From: an uncultured Methanoregulaceae archaeon
Lineage (GTDB): Archaea > Halobacteriota > Methanomicrobia > Methanomicrobiales > Methanospirillaceae
DNA length: 64,000 bases
Direction: 5' to 3'
Assembly: GCA_963705255.1 (NCBI GenBank)
Contig: OY970061.1
Span: 2,536,651-2,600,650 of the forward strand
Positions 20,671 through 30,738 of this stretch are shown in pieces; within the stretch, counting starts at the first letter, position 1, and each line of letters begins with the position of its first letter. A program made the position numbers and the translations under genes. Below the pieces are notes generated by a model that saw only the letters and a program-made list of their open reading frames with translations, was not told the origin of the DNA and made no database searches.

Positions 20671-21432
20671 ATGGTAAGAAAACCGGCAAAGATGTACAGG
20701 AACATCTCGAAGAAAGCCTATACACGGCGCGAATACATGGGCGGTGTCCCGGGGAGCAAGATCGTACAGTTCGAGATGGGCAACCTCTCGCAGGAGTTCC
20801 CGACCGAAGTCGACCTGATCGTTGAAGAGGCGTGCCAGATCCGGCACAGTGCACTGGAAGCTGCCCGCATCACGGTCAACCGCCGCCTGCTCAAGGAAGT
20901 CGGCAGGTCGAACTTCCACTTCAAGGTCCGTATCTTCCCCCACCACGTCCTGCGCGAGAACAAGCAGGCGACCGGTGCCGGTGCCGACCGAGTCTCTGAA
21001 GGCATGCGCCTTGCGTTCGGCAAGGCGGTCGGTACTGCCGCACGGGTCGAACCCGGCCAGAAGATCATGACGGTCTTCTCGACCCCGCAGTATCTCGAGA
21101 AGATCAAGGACGCCCTGCGCCATGGCGGCCACAAGCTCCCGACCCCCTCGCATCTCAAGCTCAGCACGATCAAGGTCAGCGGCAAGATTGTCGCGGCACC
21201 GAAGCTCGTCGGCGAGAAGGTCGTTGCAGCGCCGGTTGTCACCGAAGAGGCAGCAGCAACCGCAGCCGAGCCCGTGAAGGGAGCAGAGGCTGCAAAGGGC
21301 GGTGCGAAGGGCGGCAGGGAAGCGGCCAAGGGAGCGGCACCGGCAGCTGCAAAGGGTGGCAAGGAAGCAGCAGCACCCGCCAAGGCCGAAGAGAAGAAAG
21401 GCCCGGCCCACGCAAAGGGCGGGAAGAAGTAA
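20671..21432 (+). CDS. rpl10e: 50S ribosomal protein L10e (uL16) with Ala/Lys-rich C-terminal extension
   Basis: [43 protein letters not shown]. Confidence 0.97.
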   Translation: MVRKPAKMYRNISKKAYTRREYMGGVPGSKIVQFEMGNLSQEFPTEVDLIVEEACQIRHSALEAARITVNRRLLKEVGRSNFHFKVRIFPHHVLRENKQATGAGADRVSEGMRLAFGKAVGTAARVEPGQKIMTVFSTPQYLEKIKDALRHGGHKLPTPSHLKLSTIKVSGKIVAAPKLVGEKVVAAPVVTEEAAATAAEPVKGAEAAKGGAKGGREAAKGAAPAAAKGGKEAAAPAKAEEKKGPAHAKGGKK

Positions 21433-21555
21433 TATTTTTTCTTTTTCTCTCACATTTTTTTACCCGTTTCCGGCAAATGGATATCGTATTTAATCCGGAA
21501 AACGGTTGTCTGAAATCTCAACGCAATTATATGATTAAGGAATATATTATTGATC

Positions 21556-21856
21556 ATGCCATGTGAATTGACCGACATGGAAATACAGATTTTATATATC
21601 TTATATCGTAACAAAAATTTCAAAATCAGCGCCGGATACCATAGTGAGAAACTCAAAAGAATTCTTCGGAAGAAATATGAGCAGGACTTCGATGAAGACA
21701 TCGCGAACCTGAAGAACAGGGCATATATTGCGACCGTCAAAAAAGACGATCCCAAATATTACATCGCTGACCTCGGGAAAGTGTACATCCGTCCTGAAAA
21801 ACCACGGCCTGAATGTCACTCCTCTTGGGCGAGACAGGGTCCGCCATCTCGATTGA
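21556..21856 (+). CDS. Small winged-helix-like hypothetical protein; probable extra C near 21790
   Basis: MPCELTDMEIQILYILYR...; removing one C gives ...VYIVLKNHGLNVTPLGRDRVRHLD* (stop 21854-21856); AT-rich. Confidence 0.55.
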
Positions 21857-21997
21857 TGGTACTGATTCTGTTAATTTTTTTTAACAATTCTTTTATACCT
21901 TGCTTACCAACAGGATGGTGACAAGAATCCTCCGGGTGGTACCCGGTGCCGACCCGGATGAATACGGCATGCCCCGGATAAGGAAGATGCGATTATC

Positions 21998-22507
21998 ATG
22001 AGACAACCATTCGAGGGTTTATTCGGCGACACCTGCGAGACCCGGCTCATGCAGTTCCTGCTGCCGATGTACGGCATCGAATTTGACATGGCCGATCTGA
22101 CTGACGAAGTCAGGCTCACCCGGCAGTCCATTTCAAAAGCGATGAAGAAATTTTCGGACAGGGGCATGGTGAAGATCCGGAAAGAGGGACGCACCTGGCT
22201 TTATTCCATCAACGAAGAATCTCCGCTGGTAAAACGCCTCGAGGACTTCGACAACTCCCTGATCGAAGCGATGGTCGGACCCGGCAAGTTCGCCGGAATA
22301 CAAAAAAATAACGACAATCCGGTCCAGGCTTCACCCCGCAAGGAACGAGGGCGGCGTACAGAAAATGCATCCCTGCGCTACCATGCCACCCGGGAGGAGG
22401 TCCCGTGCATTGCAAGCAGTCCCGGTACTTACCCGGATAAAAGGACCCGGGTCGGGATTCACGAGTCGGTGAAGGGAGCAGCCCCGGCAAAGGGCGGCAA
22501 GAAGTAA
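21998..22507 (+). CDS. Winged-helix (ArsR/MarR-like) DNA-binding protein ending in a copy of the rpl10e C-terminus
   Basis: MADLTDEVRLTRQSISKAMKKFSDRGMV..KEGRTWLY; ends VKGAAPAKGGKK. Confidence 0.8.
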   Translation: MRQPFEGLFGDTCETRLMQFLLPMYGIEFDMADLTDEVRLTRQSISKAMKKFSDRGMVKIRKEGRTWLYSINEESPLVKRLEDFDNSLIEAMVGPGKFAGIQKNNDNPVQASPRKERGRRTENASLRYHATREEVPCIASSPGTYPDKRTRVGIHESVKGAAPAKGGKK

Positions 22508-22594
22508 TATTTCTCAAAACTTTTTTGCAGATTTTTTTCTATCCGGCCCGGGTTTTTTGGCTACGTGCATCAATGTCATGGTGACTTTGTGCAC

Positions 22595-22804
22595 GGTTTT
22601 CTGAATTGCCAGATCAGGACCTGAGGATTTTTCTAAATTGCCACCAACTGATCCGGTAATTTTTCTAAATCGTCACATCCGGACCTGACAATTATTTTTA
22701 ATTGCCACCTCCGGATCCGGGAATTTTAAAAAATTGTCACCAACCGATCTGGCAATTATTCTAAATTGTCACCTCCGGACCCGGTAATTATTTTTTATTG
22801 GCAG
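22595..22804. repeat. Tandem array of about 6.5 imperfect 32-bp units
   Basis: Units start at 22595, 22627, 22659, 22691, 22723, 22755; approximate consensus ATTWTTYTAAATTGYCACMWCCGGAYCYGGNA; further copies near 22860-22930 and 23627-23706. Confidence 0.9.
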
Positions 22805-23809
22805 TACTGCGGGAGGGGCACTCCGCCGGAGACAGCGCGGATTTCCCGGATTTTCCCGGCAACATTGCCGCAAACCGATCCGGCAATTTTTCTTAATCGT
22901 CACCTTCCGGATCCGGAAATTTTTCAAAAAGATTCTTGTCCGCGAGCTTGCGGTTGGCGAACCCGGGTGGTGAGAACCGAACGGTTACACGAACCTGCAT
23001 GCTTGGTGAGGTGCCCCCGAAACAGGATCGCCCCTTCTTTATCACGGGGGCAACCTGCCGGACGGTAAGTCTCCCATGTTCCATTCTCCGACGGAGACTT
23101 CTCAGGCAGGATCCGGCTTTGGAAATTTCCAGTGGAAGTGGTGCCAACGCCCGGCGAAATCCCTCTTTTAAATCAGTATTTTGGCAAAATCTTCATTTTA
23201 AGCGGGAAAAAACCGTGCAATTTAGCGGCCTTATACGGACCGCGAAAAACCGGCAGTCTGCAGGCTGTCCGGGAACCCGGCACGGCCCCGGAGGGCCATT
23301 ATGGCCGAAATTAAAAGGGGGTCCTGTAAGGGGTTGGAAAAAACAGGTTTTTTCCCGAAAATGCTGAAAACTGCCCGCCGGCGTTCCCGGCCCGTTGCCG
23401 GAGGGCATCCGGATGGAGGGATACGGTTTTTTGCCTGTTTTCTCCCCCGGCCATCGGTCGAAAACCGATCCCTGAGAGAAAATGGTGCCACCGATTTCTC
23501 CGGGAAATTTTTCAGAATCCGCCTGTGATTGCCCGGCTGGGTCACCTTGCACGAAGCAGAGAAACCATCAGGCTTCTAAGGTATTGCACGTAGGAAATCG
23601 CAACAAATTCTTTTCCGGAGACCAGCAATTTTCTAAAATTCCCGCCAACCGATCTGGCAATTATTTTTTTTGGCACATCCGGATCCGGGAATTATCTTTT
23701 ATTGGCAGGACCGGTGCACGTTCCGGGAAGTTCACCAGAACCACGTGTATGATTCATCAGAATTCTTCGTACTCTTTCCAGCCCTCCCCCCTTTGGGATC
23801 GGTGGTCAA

Positions 23810-23882
23810 ATCGAAGAACGCTGATGCGTTTCATCGAAGAGCCTTCGGCTCTTCTCCTGTCTCAAGCCTGATGACTCTCGAC
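23810..23882. repeat. Modular palindromic repeat, copy R7
   Basis: TCGAAGAACGCTGATGCGTT and GAAGAGCC-TTC-GGCTCTTC modules. Confidence 0.7.
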
Positions 23883-23963
23883 ATTCTCCAGCCCGCAATT
23901 CCCGGTGGGGAATTGCAGTCTATCCCAATCTCTATATTACCCCCCGCTCACCAGTATAGATAG

Positions 23964-24800
23964 ATGCAGAAACCGGATAGCGATCCCGTCTGGTCAGCCC
24001 TTGCCGATGCCACGTTCCGGGCGTTCCGCGAAGCCGCCATCACGCTCCCCCCCGATGTAATCCGGGCGATCGATCGGGCCGCCGCTGCCGAGACCAATCC
24101 GGTCGCCCGCGGGGAGTTTGCCAATATCCTGGAGAATGTCAGGCTGGCAGCGGAGCTCGGTGTGCCTCTCTGCCAGGATACCGGTGTCCCGGTCGTTTAC
24201 CTCACGCTCCCGCCCGATGTCCCGCTTACGCAGGGACTCTATGACGCGGTGAGCGAAGGGGTCAGGCGGGCGACAAAAGAGGTACCGCTCCGCCCGAATG
24301 TCGTGGACCCCCTCACCCGCCACAATACCGGGGATAACACCGGCAACGGCATGCCGGCCATCCATATCCGGCCCGGCGAGCGGTTCACGGTGACGGTGCT
24401 TCCCAAGGGCGCCGGGGCGGAGAACAGTTCCCGGATCGCGATGCTGCTCCCTTCCCATGTCTATGGCATAGAGGGGTTCGTAGTCGAGACGATGCTCCAT
24501 GCGGAGGGCAGGCCCTGCCCGCCGGTATTCCTCGGGGTTGGGATCGGGGGCACCTTCGACCTTGCGGCATCGCTCGCGAAGGAAGCGCTGCTCCTTCCGG
24601 TCGACGAGATGACCGCATTCGAGCAGCAGATTTGCGACTCGGTCAACAAGCTCGGGATCGGCCCGATGGGGCTTGGGGGGGACACGACCGCACTCGCGGT
24701 CAGGGTGAAGACTGCCGGGTGCCATACCGCCTCCCTCCCGGTTGCCGTGAACGTCCAGTGCTGGGCACACCGGCATGCAACCGTGGAAGTGAAGCTATGA
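23964..24800 (+). CDS. Fumarate hydratase class I, alpha subunit
   Basis: PLCQDTG, KGAGAENSS, CPP, GIGPMGLGG, CHTASLPVAVN. Confidence 0.92.
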   Translation: MQKPDSDPVWSALADATFRAFREAAITLPPDVIRAIDRAAAAETNPVARGEFANILENVRLAAELGVPLCQDTGVPVVYLTLPPDVPLTQGLYDAVSEGVRRATKEVPLRPNVVDPLTRHNTGDNTGNGMPAIHIRPGERFTVTVLPKGAGAENSSRIAMLLPSHVYGIEGFVVETMLHAEGRPCPPVFLGVGIGGTFDLAASLAKEALLLPVDEMTAFEQQICDSVNKLGIGPMGLGGDTTALAVRVKTAGCHTASLPVAVNVQCWAHRHATVEVKL

Positions 24801-25381
24801 GCAGGGAGGTGGTCCGGCTGCACACCCCTCTCGGGGACGAAGTCCTCGATCTCCGTGCAGGGGATCATGTCGAGCTCTCCGGCACGGTTTACACGGCACG
24901 GGACGAGGCGCACTTCCGCATGCAGAAGGAGGGCATCCCCTTCGATCCCCGGGGGGCGGTGATCTACCACTGCGGCCCTGTCGTCCACGACAACCGCATC
25001 CTCGCCGCCGGCCCGACCACCTCTGCCCGGATGAACGATCTCTCAGGTTTTCTCATTGACCGGGGCATCCGGGGGATCATAGGCAAGGGGGGGATGGGGG
25101 CGGCCGTGCGCGGGCAGCTCAGGAACAGGGGTGTCTATTTCGCGTTCACCGGTGGCTGTGCCGCACTTGCGTCGTCCCACATGACCCTGAAGGGTGTTCT
25201 TTTCGAAGACCTCGGGATGGCGGAAGCGGTCTGGGTGATCGGGCTCGACCGGCTGCCGCTCGTGGTCGGAATCGATGCGGTCGGCAACGATATCTTCGAC
25301 GCTGCACGGATGCATGCGGCTGAAGCCTTCCGCGAGTTCTCCCGCACAAAAGGCCCGGGCAGCCCGGGTGAAAACACATAG
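24797..25381 (+). CDS. Fumarate hydratase class I, beta subunit
   Basis: TARDEAH, YHCGP, GPTTSARM, IGKGG; ATGA overlap with the alpha subunit. Confidence 0.92.
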   Translation: MSREVVRLHTPLGDEVLDLRAGDHVELSGTVYTARDEAHFRMQKEGIPFDPRGAVIYHCGPVVHDNRILAAGPTTSARMNDLSGFLIDRGIRGIIGKGGMGAAVRGQLRNRGVYFAFTGGCAALASSHMTLKGVLFEDLGMAEAVWVIGLDRLPLVVGIDAVGNDIFDAARMHAAEAFREFSRTKGPGSPGENT

Positions 25382-25429
25382 GTTTTTTTCAGCTCAGGGA
25401 AAAACTAATACGACAGGACTCGGTTTCCC

Positions 25430-25702
25430 ATGAAACTCGCTATCGACGAGACCCGGTGCAAGGGCTGCAACCTCTGTACAAAGGTCTGCCCGTATAAGAT
25501 CTTCCGGGAGGGCAAGCGGCCCAACCGCCGTGGCATCGTGGTGCCCGAACTCGACCGTCCTGAACGCTGCACGAACTGCCGGCTCCGGCACCTCTACGGC
25601 CGGCAGCTCTGCGGCGTCTGCCAGCTCACCTGTCCCGACCAGGCGATCCACTGGATCGATGAAGAACCCTACGAACCCCACAAGGTGGCGATCGAATATT
25701 GA
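25430..25702 (+). CDS. korD: 2-oxoglutarate:ferredoxin oxidoreductase delta (ferredoxin) subunit
   Basis: CKGCNLCTKVCP and CTNC...CGVCQLTCPD; first gene of the kor operon. Confidence 0.85.
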   Translation: MKLAIDETRCKGCNLCTKVCPYKIFREGKRPNRRGIVVPELDRPERCTNCRLRHLYGRQLCGVCQLTCPDQAIHWIDEEPYEPHKVAIEY

Positions 25703-26802
25703 CGTCGAGACTTGAGTTCTGGCAGGGGAATACGGCCTGTGCCGAGGGAGCGCTTGCGGCGGGCTGCCGGTTCTTCGGCGGGTACCCGATCACTCCCTCA
25801 ACGGAAATTGCCGAGCACATGGCGGTAAAACTCCCGAAGAAGAACGGGGTCTTCATCCAGATGGAGGACGAGATCGCAAGCATCGCCTCGGTAATCGGCG
25901 CCTCGTGGACCGGAGCCCGGGCGATGACGGCAACGAGCGGTCCCGGCTTCTCCCTGATGATGGAGAACATCGGGTTCGCCGCGATGACCGAGACCCCCTG
26001 CGTTATCGTCAATGTCCAGCGGGGAGGACCCTCGACCGGCCAGCCCACCATGGGAGCACAGGGTGACATGATGCAGTGCCGGTTCGGATCGCACGGCGAC
26101 TATTCCATCATCGCCCTCTGCCCGGCAAGTGTCCAGGAGATGTACGGGCTCACGGCAAAGGCATTCAACCTTGCCGACCATTACCGCGTCCCGGTATTCC
26201 TGATGGCGGACGAGATCGTGGGCCACATGCGGGAGAAGATCGTCATCCCGGATACGGTCGAACACATCCCGCGCCGGGAACTGGCGAGAGGCACTCTCCC
26301 GTTCCACCCTGACGCGGACCTCATCCCAGGTTTCCCGCAGTTCGGCAAAGGGTACGGGGTCCACGTGACCGGTCTCACCCACGATGAACGGGGATACCCG
26401 TGCGCCACCAACCCGAAACTCCACGCGGCGCTCGTCAAGCGGCTCGTGGATAAGGTCGAGTCAGCCCGTCATGAGATCGCGGACTATGATGCGATCAACC
26501 CGGATGCCGAGGACGTCTTCATCGCGTACGGGGCACCGGTCCGCACGGTCCAGCAGGTCATGCACGACCATGCCGGAAAGGATATCGGGTTCCTCCGGCT
26601 CCGTACCGTCTGGCCTTTCCCGGAGAAGGCACTGGCTGCGTTCAAAAACGCCCGGCGGTTCCTCGTCCCGGAACTGAACCTCGGCCAGATCGCCCGGGAG
26701 ATCGAACGGCACGTGGATCTCCCAGTTGTCAGCATCCCGAAACTTGGCGGGGAACTCCATACGCCTGCCGAACTTGTAGCAGCACTGGAGGCAAAACAAT
26801 GA
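25699..26802 (+). CDS. korA: 2-oxoglutarate:ferredoxin oxidoreductase alpha subunit (TTG start)
   Basis: GYPITPSTE, QMEDEIAS, TATSGPG, QRGGPSTG; context between fumarase and sucCD. Confidence 0.92.
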   Translation: MTSRLEFWQGNTACAEGALAAGCRFFGGYPITPSTEIAEHMAVKLPKKNGVFIQMEDEIASIASVIGASWTGARAMTATSGPGFSLMMENIGFAAMTETPCVIVNVQRGGPSTGQPTMGAQGDMMQCRFGSHGDYSIIALCPASVQEMYGLTAKAFNLADHYRVPVFLMADEIVGHMREKIVIPDTVEHIPRRELARGTLPFHPDADLIPGFPQFGKGYGVHVTGLTHDERGYPCATNPKLHAALVKRLVDKVESARHEIADYDAINPDAEDVFIAYGAPVRTVQQVMHDHAGKDIGFLRLRTVWPFPEKALAAFKNARRFLVPELNLGQIAREIERHVDLPVVSIPKLGGELHTPAELVAALEAKQ

Positions 26803-27587
26803 GCTTCGAAGACTGGTTCCGCCAGGACCGGCTCCCCCACATCTACTGCGCCGGCTGCGGCAACGGCACGATCATCAACTGCACGCTCGCGGCAGTCGAC
26901 CAGATGGCGTGGAAGAAGGAGGAGACGGTCTTTGTCTCGGGAATCGGCTGTTCCTCGCGGGCTCCCGGATACATTGTCACGGACTCGCTCCACACGACCC
27001 ACGGGCGGGCAATCGCGTTTGCCACCGGCGTGAAGATGGCTAACCCGGACCTCCACGTCGTCGTATTCACGGGCGACGGCGATCTGGCGGCCATCGGCGG
27101 GAACCATTTCATCCATGCCTGCAGGCGCAACATCGACCTCACGGTGGTCTGCATGAACAACCAGATCTACGGGATGACCGGAGGGCAGGGCAGCCCGACG
27201 ACCCCGCTCGGGTGCCTCTCGTCTACCACGCCCTACGGCTGCGCTGAAGCCCCGTTCGACCTCTGCGAGCTGGCGATAGCAGCTGGGGCCAACTATGTCT
27301 CGCGCTGGACATCCTACCATGTGAAGGAACTCGAGAAGGCCGTGAAGGCCGGTCTCGAGACACCCGGTTTCTCCTTCATCGAGGCGCTGGTCCAGTGCCC
27401 GACCGCGTTCGGGCGCAGGAACAAGTTCAGGCAGGTCGCGGATCACGTGGAATACCTGAAGTCGCACTCGCTCCTGAAAGCAAAACGCGACCGGATGCTG
27501 GAGCAGGGCGAACCCATCCCCGAAGATATGTTTGTCGTCGGGGAACTCACCCGCAGGAACCGCCCCGCCATGGGGGTGAAGCCATGA
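26799..27587 (+). CDS. korB: 2-oxoglutarate:ferredoxin oxidoreductase beta subunit
   Basis: YCAGCG, SGIGCS, TPP motif GDGD...NN, YGMTGGQ. Confidence 0.92.
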   Translation: MSFEDWFRQDRLPHIYCAGCGNGTIINCTLAAVDQMAWKKEETVFVSGIGCSSRAPGYIVTDSLHTTHGRAIAFATGVKMANPDLHVVVFTGDGDLAAIGGNHFIHACRRNIDLTVVCMNNQIYGMTGGQGSPTTPLGCLSSTTPYGCAEAPFDLCELAIAAGANYVSRWTSYHVKELEKAVKAGLETPGFSFIEALVQCPTAFGRRNKFRQVADHVEYLKSHSLLKAKRDRMLEQGEPIPEDMFVVGELTRRNRPAMGVKP

Positions 27588-28123
27588 GGAACGAAGTACG
27601 GTTCTCGGGCTTTGGCGGGCAGGGGATCATCCTTTCAGCGGTTATCCTCGGCAGGGCCGCCGTCATGTACGACAACAAGTATGCCGTGCAGACCCAGGTC
27701 TACGGGCCGGAAGCCCGGGGCGGGGCATCGATGAGCGCGTTGATCATTGACGACGCGCCGATCCTCTACCCGAAAGTGGCGACGCCCGATATCTACGTGA
27801 TCATGTCGCAGGAAGGGTTCGAGAAGTACGGCGGTGATGCGGTTGACCCTGCCGTGATGCTGGTCGATACCACGCTCGTCCACTCCCGCCCGAAATGCAC
27901 CTGCTTCGAGATCCCGGCCACCCGGGAGGCAAAAGAGACGCTCGGGAGGGACATTGTCGCAAACATCGTGATGCTCGGGGCGCTCGTGGCATCGACGCAC
28001 GTGGTGAGCGAAGCGGCGCTCGAAAGAGCGATCCTCGACTCCGTGCCGAAGGGCACCGAGGCGCTCAATATCAGGGCGATGAAAATAGGCTTTGAACTGG
28101 CCAAAGGGCTGAACACACCATGA
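27584..28123 (+). CDS. korC: 2-oxoglutarate:ferredoxin oxidoreductase gamma subunit
   Basis: SGFGGQG, YGPEARGG, ANIVMLGAL. Confidence 0.9.
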   Translation: MRNEVRFSGFGGQGIILSAVILGRAAVMYDNKYAVQTQVYGPEARGGASMSALIIDDAPILYPKVATPDIYVIMSQEGFEKYGGDAVDPAVMLVDTTLVHSRPKCTCFEIPATREAKETLGRDIVANIVMLGALVASTHVVSEAALERAILDSVPKGTEALNIRAMKIGFELAKGLNTP

Positions 28124-29206
28124 AGTTACGGGAATACGAGGCAAAAAAGGTCCTGCGGGAGAGCGGGATATCTGTCCCGGCAGGCTTTCTCATACGGTCT
28201 GCAGCTGAACTTGCTCCCCATCTTGACGAACTGGGCGAAGGGTTTGTACTGAAGGCGCAGGTGGATGTCGGCGGCAGGGGAAAGGCCGGGGGGATCCTGA
28301 TGGCAGACCGGAAGAACGGTGTTGCGACCGCAGGAGAGCTCTTCAGAAAAGAGATCAAGGGCCTGCCCGTGAAGGAGATCCTTGCCGAACAGCGCCTGTC
28401 CATCCAGCATGAGTATTACCTCTCGATCACGGTCGACCGGGCAGGCAAGCAACCTCTCATCCTCTTCACCGAGGCTGGTGGAGTGGACATCGAGATAACG
28501 GCCAAAGAACGGCCCGATGCGATCCGGAGCGTGCTGGTTTCTCCGCTTTTGCGGGAGATTCCGCCCTTTATGCTCCGGGACCTCGTGGGCAGCGCGCCTA
28601 AGGAGATCGGGCCGGTCATCAGCAAGCTCTACCGGATATTCCTTGACAAGGATGCCCTCCTCGCCGAGATCAACCCCCTCGTCATGACGCCGCAGGGAGT
28701 CTTTGCGGCCGACGCCAAGATCATTGTCGACGACAATGCGCTGGGCCGCCAGGGCATCAGGGTAAACCGGGACCTGACCGACCGCGAGCGCGAGGCCGGG
28801 ACGCATGGCTTCTCGTATGTCGAGGCTCGATGGTGCGATCGGCGTCATCGGGAACGGGGCAGGGCTCACGATGGCGACCCTTGACCTGATCGAATACTAT
28901 GGCGGCAAGGCGGCGAATTTCCTCGACGTCGGCGGTGGTGCCGAGAGCGATCGGGTGATGCATGCGGTCAGGCTGGTCGCAAGCCTGCCTTCGGTCAGGG
29001 TGATCGTCGTGAACCTCCTCGGCGGGATCACGAAATGCGACGAAGTGGCAAAGGGGATCATTGCCGCAGGAATCCCCCAGAAGGTGATAGTCCGGCTTGC
29101 GGGAACGAACGAGGCCGAAGGGAAGAAGCTCCTCTCGGAGAAAGGCTACGAGATGCTCGACACGATGGAACTTGTCGTAAAGAAAGCCGTTGAGGTGACC
29201 GCATGA
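28120..29206 (+). CDS. sucC: Succinyl-CoA synthetase beta subunit; extra G near 28824
   Basis: KAQVDVGGRGKAGG and EINPL in the first ORF; GNGAGLTMATLD and NFLDVGGG in the second. Confidence 0.93.
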
Positions 29207-30081
29207 TCTACGGCGACAGGAATACGGGAATCCTCGTGCAGGGCGCCACCGGGAAGCAGGGCGAGTTCCATATCGGCCTGATGAACGCCTACGCACGGCA
29301 GGTCGGGGGCAAAGGGGTCGTTGCCGGTGTGACGCCGGGAAAAGGCGGCCAGCAGGTGCACGGCGTCCCGGTCTTCAATACCGTAAAGGAAGCGATGCGC
29401 GAGTATGACATCGGTGCTGCCGTTATCTTCGTCCCCGCCGCTGCGGCAGGCGATGCCATCATGGAGGAGGCGAATGCCGGTATTCCTACCATCGTCTGCA
29501 TTACCGAGCACATCCCGGTGCACGATACGATGAAAGCGATCGCCTATGCGCGGATGGAGGGCTCCAGCGTGATCGGGCCGAACTGCCCAGGCCTGTTGTC
29601 TCCCGGCGAAGTGAAGATGGGGATCATGCCGGCGGGGCTCTTCTCCCGCGGGAACGTGGGGGTGATCTCCCGATCCGGTACACTGACCTATGAAGTAGTG
29701 GACGAGCTCACCCGGGCCGGCATCGGCCAGAGCACCGTCATCGGCATCGGTGGCGACCCGGTGATCGGCCAGACATTTGTCGATGTCCTCGCGCGCTTCG
29801 AGAACGATTCCCAGACCAAAGCCGTTGTCCTGATCGGGGAAGTGGGCGGGAACCTTGAAGAAGAGGGCGCGAAGTCAACGGACCTCCCGATCGTCTCCTA
29901 TATCGCCGGGGTTTCCGCACCGCCCGACAAGAGGATGGGCCATGCGGGCGCGATCGTCGAGGGCGGGGAAGGGGATGCCCGCTCGAAGATCGCCCGGCTC
30001 AAAAAACACGGCGTCCCGGTCGCGTCCCGGGTATCCGAGATACCGGAGATGGTGCGGGACCTGTTCCGGTGCCGGTGCTGA
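29203..30081 (+). CDS. sucD: Succinyl-CoA synthetase alpha subunit
   Basis: QGATGKQG, GPNCPG, SRSGTLTYE, RMGHAGAI (phospho-His). Confidence 0.96.
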   Translation: MIYGDRNTGILVQGATGKQGEFHIGLMNAYARQVGGKGVVAGVTPGKGGQQVHGVPVFNTVKEAMREYDIGAAVIFVPAAAAGDAIMEEANAGIPTIVCITEHIPVHDTMKAIAYARMEGSSVIGPNCPGLLSPGEVKMGIMPAGLFSRGNVGVISRSGTLTYEVVDELTRAGIGQSTVIGIGGDPVIGQTFVDVLARFENDSQTKAVVLIGEVGGNLEEEGAKSTDLPIVSYIAGVSAPPDKRMGHAGAIVEGGEGDARSKIARLKKHGVPVASRVSEIPEMVRDLFRCRC

Positions 30082-30188
30082 AATTTTTTTGAAAAAGGGG
30101 AGAGGTTATACCGGCTCCTCAGTGAAGGGGTGCCGGACCTTCGACCCGTCGGGGATGCCATGGGTTACCGGGGCCGCCTTTGCTTTGG

Positions 30189-30425
30189 TCATAAATACCC
30201 CCGGCACCCGACCCTTTCGAGATTTCGGCGTGCATGACCGAGGCCGGCCTTCATTACCCGCCTGAGATTCCGTTCTGCCCGGCCCTGCCCGGCGTCCATC
30301 ACTTTTTTAAGATTTTGCTTGGCGCGTTCCTGACCGCGAGCAAGTAATACCACCAGCTCCTTTGCCTTTTCCGTTGTATCCGCAGCACCGGAGGCCCGTG
30401 CCATATGAATGGAAATCCCCATCAT
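30189..30425 (-). CDS. Small protein with three 15-aa amphipathic repeats
   Basis: GQERAKQNLKKVMDA/GQGRAERNLRRVMKA/GLGHARRNLERV; its ATG overlaps the stop of the upstream RHH gene (ATGA). Confidence 0.55.
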   Translation of the reverse strand: MMGISIHMARASGAADTTEKAKELVVLLARGQERAKQNLKKVMDAGQGRAERNLRRVMKAGLGHARRNLERVGCRGYL

Positions 30426-30580
30426 GCCGGCACCCCGACGCCATTCTTCCGGGCGTAATGCAATACGGCCTTCCGGAGCACAGCACTCGCGCTTGTTTCA
30501 TCAGTCTTCCGTCGGATTTTCTCGACAATCCGGACATCCTTCTCTGTTGCACGATACCCAATGTAAAGGTCCTTTCCCAT
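30422..30580 (-). CDS. 52-aa ribbon-helix-helix (CopG/Arc-like) protein, below the ORF-track length cutoff
   Basis: MGKDLYIGYRATEKDVRIVEKIRRKTDETSASAVLRKAVLHYARKNGVGVPA; GAGGTGA SD. Confidence 0.75.
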   Translation of the reverse strand: MGKDLYIGYRATEKDVRIVEKIRRKTDETSASAVLRKAVLHYARKNGVGVPA

Positions 30581-30590
30581 CGGTCACCTC

Positions 30591-30700
30591 AGTTAGATTT
30601 TGTTAGACAATGATAGATGACTTCACTATAAAAAAGTTGTCTAACAACTTTTGCAAGGTGCTAACAGTAATTGGCGCAATCTAATATGGTTTTAATAATA
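30591..30700. promoter_or_regulatory. Divergent promoter region with putative RHH operators
   Basis: Inverted repeat TTGTTAGACAA (30600-30610)/TTGTCTAACAA (30637-30647); palindrome AAAAGTTGT-CTA-ACAACTTTT; CTAA at 30641, 30661, 30681; TATA-like boxes on both strands. Confidence 0.65.
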
Positions 30701-30738
30701 AAGACAAAATAGGTACAACAGGATCTATAGGTTTTAAA

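Noticed and set aside
19660-21453. 597-aa antisense ORF and similar long shadow ORFs (e.g. 33120..34634, 31787..32806, 26484..27467)
   Set aside because: They lie opposite well-supported genes in GC-rich DNA and have no recognisable motifs
22595-22804. CRISPR array
   Set aside because: Units are contiguous and degenerate with no unique spacers; no cas genes in the window
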